Below, in pieces: positions 56,530-64,000 of a stretch of DNA of 64,000 bases. The translations under genes were made by a program, and so were the position numbers. Each line of letters opens with the position of its first letter. Position 1 is the first letter of the stretch. The notes under the pieces were generated by a model. It was not told the DNA's origin, searched no databases, and was given only the letters and a program-made list of their open reading frames with translations. Source of the stretch: a virus; IMG/VR virus record IMGVR_UViG_3300032265_003779, positions 1 to 64,000 of that record. One strand, written 5' to 3'.

Positions 56530-57756
56530 CTACTTTATATCTTTTTTATATTTTTTAAGCCAACCAGAAGACCTGCTATATGGCCATATCACTAAGTGGT
56601 GTGGATGATGATCAGAACTAAATGAAACATGTTTTGTATTAACCTTCTTATTCATATAATCTGAACTACTTGATAAATTAAAATCATCTCTAAAAAGAAG
56701 ATTGTTATTCATATCTTCGATTCCAAAAAACCAAAAATCACAATCATCTTTCGATTCTATTTCATTAATATCCCAAGATACAACTAAATTATAATTATTA
56801 TTATAATTTAATTTCCATTCATTCTCTGTCATAATTCTGGGATCTACACCAGTTTTTGCATTTATTCCTACTTTTTTGTTCTTAAAATCAATTCCCGTAT
56901 AAAGTTCATAATCATGAAAACTTCTTATTTTTCCTATATCAAAACCACTCAAATCCTCATCATTATCTTCTTGTTGCAAAAGTTTTCTTAGTCTCTTTTT
57001 TGCTCTACTATCTAACGAGCACCAAGAATTATCTTTTGTGTGGTCATCCCAATGTTTTTTATTGCCAGATCTAGTGTATTCGTGCCAAATAATTGAAAAA
57101 TGAGGATGAAACAAATCATATCCATTTGTATAAGATCTTATGCTTAAGCTGACTTCTTCTCCGTGAAAATAAAGATTTGGATCATATCGGCACTCTTCGA
57201 CCCACTTGCCATCAACAAAAACAAAATGACCAGAAACAAATCTTGCTGGAATCGGACTTTCTAAAGATTTAAAATTTTCTATAAAATGAGGCTTTAGCAT
57301 TAAGTTTCCATCATTTGAAAAATCTTCATATCCTACAATTTTTAAAGGATTGTTATCTAGTTTTTGATCGTTGCTAACGTCTAACACAGAGCAGTAGCCT
57401 GTTAGCATAGGTTTTTTTGAATCCAGTTCTTTTATCATCTTTGTAAGATGATCATCCCAATTTGGTAAAAATCTATGGTGAGAATCTAATTGAAGATAAT
57501 ATTTTTCTCCATTATATAAATCTTGTACTTTATTTCTTGCCCAACACGCTCCTCTACTTTCAGTAAAGTTTACGTCTAGTATCTTAAATCTTTTATCGTT
57601 TTTAATTTCATCTATAGACTCTTCATCGTCATGTTGCCAGCAAATTCCAAAAACTAAATTTTTTGGAAAATGAGCTTTATTTAAACAGTCCTTAATAGTA
57701 GGAATTAATTGTTTGTCTCTATATGATGCTATACTAACGAATATTTCTTCTGACAT
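56530..57756 (-). CDS. GT60-type polypeptide GlcNAc-transferase (Pfam GlcNAc)
   Basis: IFVSIASYRD, SRGACWAR, LQLDSH-x-RF-x-x-x-WD, YFHGEE, WHEY-x-R. Confidence 0.88.
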   Translation of the reverse strand: MSEEIFVSIASYRDKQLIPTIKDCLNKAHFPKNLVFGICWQHDDEESIDEIKNDKRFKILDVNFTESRGACWARNKVQDLYNGEKYYLQLDSHHRFLPNWDDHLTKMIKELDSKKPMLTGYCSVLDVSNDQKLDNNPLKIVGYEDFSNDGNLMLKPHFIENFKSLESPIPARFVSGHFVFVDGKWVEECRYDPNLYFHGEEVSLSIRSYTNGYDLFHPHFSIIWHEYTRSGNKKHWDDHTKDNSWCSLDSRAKKRLRKLLQQEDNDEDLSGFDIGKIRSFHDYELYTGIDFKNKKVGINAKTGVDPRIMTENEWKLNYNNNYNLVVSWDINEIESKDDCDFWFFGIEDMNNNLLFRDDFNLSSSSDYMNKKVNTKHVSFSSDHHPHHLVIWPYSRSSGWLKKYKKDIK

Positions 57757-57762
57757 GTTTGA

Positions 57763-58506
57763 TTAATATATTTGTATTTGATTTTTATCTGATACGAAGG
57801 TATTTTCTGCATATGTTAATTCAAACCATATGTCATATAATCCTACATCTAGATCTGTGGTGTCCAAAAAGTAGTATCCGAATCTCTTTTCTCTCAAAGA
57901 AACGTCTTCACCATCTACAATGACGTTCAAATCACTTTCTTCTGCTAAACAATTGCTACAGTTTTTTGATAAATAAACCTTAAGACCAGACGTTATTGCT
58001 ATATTATCATAGTACCTTTGTAGTTCTTCGCTCTTAGGAACATTGGGAACAACCTCTACAATTATATATCTTTTACTTCCTTTGGTTACTTTATTTGGTT
58101 TAAAATAAAAACTAAAGTCATAAATGTTGGGAGATGTTGATGTAAACCATAAATTTGGTATAACTTCAAAATAATTTTCAACTGTTGACTCTGTGCATGG
58201 TTCAGATTCTTCAAACTTTACATACCAAGCATCTACATATTTACCTATAGTATACAGAGGGCTTTCAAGATTTACTGTTGCTAGATATTCTCCTTCTGCG
58301 TTGTTAACAACATCTTCGCCAGCTACAGTCTCTACTAATCTTTTTCCGGTAGGATTATCTTCGGTCTTTTCATAAGGATCTAAAAAATATATTTCAACTT
58401 TCTCAACTTTATAGAAATTAGATTTAAAATTTGAATTAAATGCAAATAATCTTAAGTTTAAATCATCTCCACAATTTGGATTTTGAAATCTTTCTTTTGT
58501 TGGCAT
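57763..58506 (-). CDS. Probable structural protein, two Ig-like halves
   Basis: G-x-Y-x-D-x-W and G-x-YDIW patterns. Confidence 0.65.
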   Translation of the reverse strand: MPTKERFQNPNCGDDLNLRLFAFNSNFKSNFYKVEKVEIYFLDPYEKTEDNPTGKRLVETVAGEDVVNNAEGEYLATVNLESPLYTIGKYVDAWYVKFEESEPCTESTVENYFEVIPNLWFTSTSPNIYDFSFYFKPNKVTKGSKRYIIVEVVPNVPKSEELQRYYDNIAITSGLKVYLSKNCSNCLAEESDLNVIVDGEDVSLREKRFGYYFLDTTDLDVGLYDIWFELTYAENTFVSDKNQIQIY

Positions 58507-58509
58507 TAA

Positions 58510-58689
58510 TTATTTCCTTTTTATTTTTCTTCTTTCTGACTCCATGTGCTGATTTTCTTTTTCTTTTTGTTCAATAAATTTATTAATTAACCATTTTCTT
58601 AAGATTATAGGTAGTTTTAATGTCTCGGTCTGTGGCTGTCTCATGTGGTATAAAAAGAAGAATATTTCTTCTGCCAGGTTTTCCCACAA
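58510..58689 (-). CDS. gp51-like chaperone extension (-1 frame of upstream gene)
   Basis: EEIFFFLYHM...LP-x-x-x-RKWLI; open in the -1 frame from the slippery site. Confidence 0.7.
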   Translation of the reverse strand: MWENLAEEIFFFLYHMRQPQTETLKLPIILRKWLINKFIEQKEKENQHMESERRKIKRK

Positions 58690-58691
58690 TT

Positions 58692-59735
58692 TTATGCTTG
58701 AGTTTTCTCCCTCCTCTGACGCGGGAAGAAAAAATTTGCTTCAAGTGGCAAATCTAGTTCGAATTCCTGTAAGCAACTTGGACAAATAGAATCAACCTTA
58801 GTATCTACACCAAAAGGAGGATCATTAATAAGATTTCTAATATAAGAAACATCAGAGATTGGCAAATTTTTTACAAGTGTTTGTAGATCTCTTTTATCAG
58901 TAATGCCTTGAACTTCTTCTAGCAACAAAGATGTTCTGTATGTTAGGGTATCATCTGTAGCGTTGTCTCCGAAATTTTTAATTCTTTTATCTCTGTGGTC
59001 CTGAATATCCGTTTCATCTCTTCCTTTGGAAAGCCTATATCTAAATTTATATCCAGATGTTGGCAGAACACCTTCAAGCTGAGGTCCATAATTATCAGGG
59101 CATTTTTCAACTATCAGTGAATTTAAATCTATTTCAGTAGAAAATTTTCTTTCACATTCAGGGCACTTAATTTCAACATCGTAAGAGTTAGAATAGGATA
59201 TTATTCTTAAGTAAATTAAAAGATAGGTTCTATCCACTGTTAACAGATCTTCTGGTCTGAATTTTTCTTTAATACACCTAGAGAATATCATGTTTAAGGC
59301 TTGTCCTTTTCTGACAAACCTTGGTGTTGCTAAGATCTGTTCTTCTTCACCAGTCATTGGCTTTATATTCAATATTCCATCTGAAGGTCCATTGTTTCCA
59401 TCATAAAAAACTCCTCTTGATGGCAAGATAATCTCTTCATAAACAGATGTAGAACTCTTTAAGTCTTCAAGAAGACTTTTTAAATCTCCGCTTACAACCT
59501 CTTTTTTTTGCTCTGGGACAAAGCTAGTTTTTCCTGTTATTTGTTGCAGTATTTCAGGAGGAACATTTCCTTTTATTTGAAATGGTAAATTTTCTGAACT
59601 GCCTGGGACCGGCTGGGCTCTATCTGGCTGTTCGTTTGATTCAGAATTAATACCTTCTGCCATTCTTCTTCTAGCCTCTAGCTGTTCGTTTTTATTTTCA
59701 TCACCTCTTCTGGGGCGGAAAACTTCTTCAGACAT
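58692..59735 (-). CDS. T4 gp26-like baseplate hub / tail assembly chaperone
   Basis: LPSRG, PMTGEEEQIL, DR-x-YLLI-x-LR-x-x-SY, CPEC, LPTSG, CPSC, NFFFP. Confidence 0.82.
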   Translation of the reverse strand: MSEEVFRPRRGDENKNEQLEARRRMAEGINSESNEQPDRAQPVPGSSENLPFQIKGNVPPEILQQITGKTSFVPEQKKEVVSGDLKSLLEDLKSSTSVYEEIILPSRGVFYDGNNGPSDGILNIKPMTGEEEQILATPRFVRKGQALNMIFSRCIKEKFRPEDLLTVDRTYLLIYLRIISYSNSYDVEIKCPECERKFSTEIDLNSLIVEKCPDNYGPQLEGVLPTSGYKFRYRLSKGRDETDIQDHRDKRIKNFGDNATDDTLTYRTSLLLEEVQGITDKRDLQTLVKNLPISDVSYIRNLINDPPFGVDTKVDSICPSCLQEFELDLPLEANFFFPRQRREKTQA

Positions 59736-59799
59736 ATTTACCTTTCTTTAAAGAAATCGCTAAGTTTAGTAGAGTTAAAATTTAAAAAAATTTTCTATA

Positions 59800-60165
59800 T
59801 TGGTTTATATGGAGATAAATTTTTACAATATTAGAGAGAAGATATTTTCTAATTCTGAGGTTCAAAAAAAATTACCTTTTTTTAGAGGAGTTTTTGATCA
59901 ATGGAATCTTGCAAACTCTGTCGGCGGTATGGGATCAAGATTACAATTACTTGAAATGGAATTGTTGAAAAACTTAAACTCTGAACATCTCTCTTCTCTT
60001 AGTGATTTTTTCTCAACCGAAGTTACAGTTAGAAAAATTGATAATAATTTATGTAAAAACTATAAATTAGAGCATTATGACGAGTTGCCAGAAGAAATTA
60101 AAGAGTATAGAGAATTTTGTGTTTCTGCGAATAAGGACGGCATTCACTTAACATTGTGGAGATAA
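59800..60165 (+). CDS. Hypothetical protein
   Basis: Start likely at ATG 59809. Confidence 0.65.
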   Translation: MVYMEINFYNIREKIFSNSEVQKKLPFFRGVFDQWNLANSVGGMGSRLQLLEMELLKNLNSEHLSSLSDFFSTEVTVRKIDNNLCKNYKLEHYDELPEEIKEYREFCVSANKDGIHLTLWR

Positions 60166-60171
60166 TTTTAT

Positions 60172-60477
60172 ATGAATCAAACAGTATTGTTTATACTAGC
60201 TTCTATTGGCATGACTCACATACTAATAGATGGATCTATATTTAGCTCGTTGAGATATTGGATAAAAAATAACCTACCGGAAAAGATTGCAAAATTATTT
60301 GAATGTTATATGTGTTTGGGTTTTTGGTGCGGAATGATTGTTGGATCAGGAATTGTTTCACAAAATCCAATCCAAATTTTTGCATGTGGTTGTGCAGGTA
60401 GTTTGCTTTCACAACTAACAGCAGTAATTCTAAATTTATTAGAAGCGGCGATTATCAAATTAACTTCTACGGAGTGA
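60172..60477 (+). CDS. DUF1360-like membrane protein
   Basis: IF-x-x-LR...C-x-x-C-x-GFW plus TM helices. Confidence 0.7.
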   Translation: MNQTVLFILASIGMTHILIDGSIFSSLRYWIKNNLPEKIAKLFECYMCLGFWCGMIVGSGIVSQNPIQIFACGCAGSLLSQLTAVILNLLEAAIIKLTSTE

Positions 60478-60480
60478 AAA

Positions 60481-60858
60481 ATGAAACAACCAATAAGTTT
60501 GACTGATGTAAAACAAGCGTTAAAAGATGATAGGTTTAAAGATAATCTTCCAGAAATTTTTTCAGAAGATATTAAAAAATTTAATGGTAATCCAGGATGT
60601 GGATGTAATGTAAATTTTTATAAAAGACTTCTAAAAGAAGCAAAACCTCAATTACAAGCATACTTTCCAGATAAAGATGTAATAGATGTTGATGAACAAA
60701 TTAAAAAATTATCTCAGAATAATTTTTATGTAATAAATTGCTCTGCAGATGAGCTTGAAGGAAAATTACAGGCTTTACCACCTGGAAGAAAACAATTAGC
60801 TATTGCTAGATATGAAAATCTCGTGACAGTCGTTGTTAATGAACTAGATTTTGTCTAG
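60481..60858 (+). CDS. Hypothetical protein (CGC motif)
   Basis: 125-aa ORF. Confidence 0.7.
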   Translation: MKQPISLTDVKQALKDDRFKDNLPEIFSEDIKKFNGNPGCGCNVNFYKRLLKEAKPQLQAYFPDKDVIDVDEQIKKLSQNNFYVINCSADELEGKLQALPPGRKQLAIARYENLVTVVVNELDFV

Positions 60859-61785
60859 TGATTCCTTGCAATTAATTTTCATTTTTTCCGGATAGTCTTT
60901 ATATTTTATGATGTCTATTGGCAATTCGTCATCGTTAACTCTTAATTTTCCAAGCATTATGGCATTTTCATAAAAATAAAAAGCTTTTTTATATTTTTTT
61001 AGTTCAAAATTAATATCTCCCAATAAACACCAAAACTCAGCCATTGTTGGATTTTTCTCTAAACAAAATATAATGTTACTAACCGAATTACTAAAATCTT
61101 TTTTAATATAAAAGTATATTAAAGCAGAATAATATTTAATCATCAAATAGCTTGGTAAGTCTGTATTCTTCTCAAAGAATAAATATCTTTTTGATGCTTT
61201 TAAAAACTCCTCATATTTTTTATTTTTAATAAAAAAACATGACTCATAATAAAGAGGATAGGATTTTAATTTTTCATTTTCTTTCCATTTCATTAAAATT
61301 TCAAATTCATCTTCTATTTCAACATCTAATATTTGTTTTAAAACTATGCTTGTTTTTATAGATTCGTGATATATGTTTTCATAAATTGGATTTTCAAAAC
61401 TTATATTTAAATTTTTATCAAATAGTCTTATATTTTTAGATAATATACTGTTTTGTAAAAGTAAAACACTATACACGGATTGTTTTTCGCTAATTAATTT
61501 ATCTATTTCATTTTTACCATTAATTATTTTTTCGTTAGGCTCTATGAAAAAAATCCAATCATTTTTTGAATATTTAATTAAATTGTTTTTATTGTCCTTT
61601 TTGTTTTTAGAAACTTGTGGTAGTATTTTATATTTATATCTACGGATTATCTCTAATGTATTGTCATTTGATCCCATATCTGTAAAGATAATGTCTGAAC
61701 ATATATCTTTAATAGAATTTATGCACTCATCAAGAGTATCTTGATTATTTTTTGTAACAACACAAATTGATAAATTTTTAATCAT
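60844..61785 (-). CDS. GT2-fold glycosyltransferase with TPR-like C-terminus (DxD degenerate)
   Basis: LSICVVTKN...CINSI...DMGSNDNT...DWIFFIE; AEFWCLLGD. Confidence 0.78.
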   Translation of the reverse strand: MIKNLSICVVTKNNQDTLDECINSIKDICSDIIFTDMGSNDNTLEIIRRYKYKILPQVSKNKKDNKNNLIKYSKNDWIFFIEPNEKIINGKNEIDKLISEKQSVYSVLLLQNSILSKNIRLFDKNLNISFENPIYENIYHESIKTSIVLKQILDVEIEDEFEILMKWKENEKLKSYPLYYESCFFIKNKKYEEFLKASKRYLFFEKNTDLPSYLMIKYYSALIYFYIKKDFSNSVSNIIFCLEKNPTMAEFWCLLGDINFELKKYKKAFYFYENAIMLGKLRVNDDELPIDIIKYKDYPEKMKINCKESLDKI

Positions 61786-61933
61786 TTTCTAAAGTTTTTA
61801 TCAAAAGTTCTATGACTTTGGCGAAATTTTCTTTATTTTTACTTTTATAATACTGTATTAGATCTTTGTAGTACTTAATACATCTAGGATCTTCGATTAT
61901 TTTATAGAATATATTATAATAATTTTGGTCCAT
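61782..61933 (-). CDS. Small hypothetical protein (about 50 aa)
   Basis: MDQNYYNIL...; appears coupled to the GT2 start; exact end not verified. Confidence 0.4.
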
Positions 61934-61970
61934 AATTTAATAGAATATATTCTTTCTAAAAAGGAGAAGA

Positions 61971-62474
61971 ATGGCATCTGAATATTTGAACAATAAGAAT
62001 TTAGAACGAGTTATTATATCTTTTCAAAAGATTAAAAGACATAAAAAAATGCATGAATATTTAATAAAGAATATAAATGAGCAAAGTCCAAAAGAAAAAG
62101 AGCCAGAATCTTGGACATACATCAAAGAACAGAGTAAAAAAAACATACTTGATTACGAAGATACTCAAAAAGACTTGGCAAAAGCATTTTATACATTATC
62201 AGAAAATATTGTTAGATATGCAAAATTTAATTTAATAGATCCAGATGATAGTGTTCAAGAAGGAGTTTTAATTTGTTTTGAAAAATTAGATAGATTTGAT
62301 CCAAGATTTGGAAAAGCTTTTAACTACATGACTACTTGTATATTAAATCATTTTAAACAATTGTATAGATCTGCAAGAAATTATACAGAACTTAAGAAAA
62401 AGTATCAGGAACATGTATCTAAAGAGATTCAGAGTGAAATAAATTATTCAAAAAATAATAAATTTAAAGATTAG
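61971..62474 (+). CDS. T4 gp55-like late-transcription sigma factor
   Basis: YLNN, D-x-VQEG...FDP...KAFNY-x-T; region 2 only. Confidence 0.82.
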   Translation: MASEYLNNKNLERVIISFQKIKRHKKMHEYLIKNINEQSPKEKEPESWTYIKEQSKKNILDYEDTQKDLAKAFYTLSENIVRYAKFNLIDPDDSVQEGVLICFEKLDRFDPRFGKAFNYMTTCILNHFKQLYRSARNYTELKKKYQEHVSKEIQSEINYSKNNKFKD

Positions 62475-62935
62475 GTTTTTGGACCTCGTTTTAAACTGAC
62501 TGGCTTTAATTTATCTTGATATCTATCTGGTTGGTCCTTTAAGTCCTGTAGCAGCTTATAAGCCTCTTTGCTTATTTCGCTTGCTGTTTTGCCGCTACAG
62601 CTTTCTGTTTTTATTACAGAAACAGCTTTATTGCTTTTATTATAAAAACCTCTGGATATTACGAAACATTTATTTTTAAAATCCCAACTTACAATAGCAA
62701 CCCATTCTCCATCATCCCAATTTCTAGTGGCTATTATCAGCCTATAAGGCTGTTCTGAGTATACATGTTTTGTGTGAAAACCATAATTTTTCATTGCAGC
62801 ACTAACAAAGCCCAACGCTATCTTAGAGTATGCATCTAAGACTTCGTTGGGTTCTGTTCTGTAGTTTATAGATATGCTATATCTGGATAAATCTACACTT
62901 TCTTCTAGTTTCCAATCATTAAATGATTTCATCAT
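62471..62935 (-). CDS. Putative packaged protein (MKSFNDWKLEE)
   Basis: N-terminal motif; coupled to the neck gene. Confidence 0.7.
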   Translation of the reverse strand: MMKSFNDWKLEESVDLSRYSISINYRTEPNEVLDAYSKIALGFVSAAMKNYGFHTKHVYSEQPYRLIIATRNWDDGEWVAIVSWDFKNKCFVISRGFYNKSNKAVSVIKTESCSGKTASEISKEAYKLLQDLKDQPDRYQDKLKPVSLKRGPKT

Positions 62936-63801
62936 TATCCTAATATAATTTGTGGCAAATCACCAAACCTAGTTATTAATCTTTCTTCCCAATCTTTTTT
63001 ATCTTGTATTCCTTCTTGCAATATTTGCTGTCCGTCTAATTGAACTCCACCGTTTGGTCCGGGTGGATTGGTTATTTTTGACCTTATTCTTCCTAACATT
63101 ATTTTTGCAAAAGACAAAGCACCTTCTTGCATGGCTTGTGTAACTTCCTTGAAATCTGGTCTTTTTTGTAGGTAATGAACAGCAACAAGATGGGTTTTAT
63201 AAGGAACTGGGTATAATTTTATACTTCCGTATCCTCCTATCCATTCCCATCCTCCTTGTTGGCTTGACATTCTATTATATGTATCTTCGTATTGCTTATA
63301 CAACATCCATTCATTCATTTTGCCCCAAACTGGCGTTTGTGGGTTTATGCCTCCAGCAATACTGCCATAGGCTCCTGCTCCCATATATTCAAGAGGTATT
63401 ACTCCTCCTAAATCGGATGCACTAAACGCGTATTGGGCTGTTTGTTTGTATGCTACCTCTCTTATCATCCCTATGTCGCAAGGCATCTCATATATTGTTT
63501 GACCAGGAACAGTATTAAAAACATACCATTGGTAGTATTCTCTTGGTGCATAATCTTCAAATATTTGTAAAGCAAAATCAATAGCCCCATCTAATTGCTG
63601 CTCGTCTAGCTCTATTGATACTACTGGGGCTCCCAACATTAGGAGAACATAGTCTTTTATCTGATCTCTAACTTTTTCTCGGTTTTTTCTTGGTGCTATT
63701 TTGCACAAAGGTTCAGTAGGTCCAAGCAACTGTCCGCATGGTGTGCCACTTTGACAATTTGCATTTTGTGATGGTCTCGGTATTTCTAAAATATTAGCCA
63801 T
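62935..63801 (-). CDS. Neck / head completion protein (T4 gp13-like)
   Basis: DY-x-L-x-x-LGAPV-x-x-IEL-x-x-x-QL, LGRIRSK...PG-x-x-GGVQLDG. Confidence 0.85.
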   Translation of the reverse strand: MANILEIPRPSQNANCQSGTPCGQLLGPTEPLCKIAPRKNREKVRDQIKDYVLLMLGAPVVSIELDEQQLDGAIDFALQIFEDYAPREYYQWYVFNTVPGQTIYEMPCDIGMIREVAYKQTAQYAFSASDLGGVIPLEYMGAGAYGSIAGGINPQTPVWGKMNEWMLYKQYEDTYNRMSSQQGGWEWIGGYGSIKLYPVPYKTHLVAVHYLQKRPDFKEVTQAMQEGALSFAKIMLGRIRSKITNPPGPNGGVQLDGQQILQEGIQDKKDWEERLITRFGDLPQIILG

Positions 63802-63836
63802 ATATTATATATATAAAATACAAGGATAAATTCAAA

Positions 63837-64000
63837 ATGTATAACTTCAAAGAATTTTTTAATAAAAACTGCACTTTTAAAATGTTGTTAGAGGCATATC
63901 GTGGATGGCATTCAGAAAAACCAATTCTTTATGATTACGAAGATTTAGATTTCTTATATCAAATAGATCAAAAATATTGGGAAGATGCATTAAAAGCAAG
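63837..64000 (+). CDS. 3'-truncated protein MYNFKEFF...LLEA
   Basis: AAGGA SD; frame open to the window end. Confidence 0.65.
   Translation, partial: MYNFKEFFNKNCTFKMLLEAYRGWHSEKPILYDYEDLDFLYQIDQKYWEDALKA

Noticed and set aside
1-64000. Stop-codon reassignment (alternative genetic code)
   Set aside because: Genes are full length and densely packed under code 11; TAA, TAG and TGA all end genes.

Overview
AT-rich 64-kb segment of a large T4-like (Tevenvirinae-type or jumbo) myophage using the standard genetic code. Core virion genes: prohead protease (gp21-like), scaffold (gp22-like), major capsid (gp23-like), terminase large subunit, neck (gp13-like), a gp26/gp51-like chaperone pair, and many PKD, LamG, beta-propeller and collagen-like fibre proteins. 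Other recognisable genes: primase, UvrD helicase, Cas4/AddB-like nuclease, gp55-like late sigma, HNH endonuclease and tRNA-Pro(UGG). Main highlights: (1) about 15 unrelated proteins share an N-terminal M-x-F-x-x-[WFY]-hydrophobic-x(0-4)-E peptide resembling the T4 capsid-targeting sequence, suggesting a large enzyme cargo packaged in the head; (2) a GT60-type polypeptide GlcNAc-transferase and other glycan enzymes occur with five mucin-like Thr-Pro repeat proteins, suggesting virion O-glycosylation; (3) a volactin-like actin; (4) a likely -1 frameshift fusing the gp26- and gp51-like ORFs; (5) palindromic bidirectional late promoters with leaderless genes, and a late promoter embedded in a terminator; (6) five accessory proteases; (7) a candidate structured 5'-UTR RNA. 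All family calls come from motif recognition by eye; no database searches were run.
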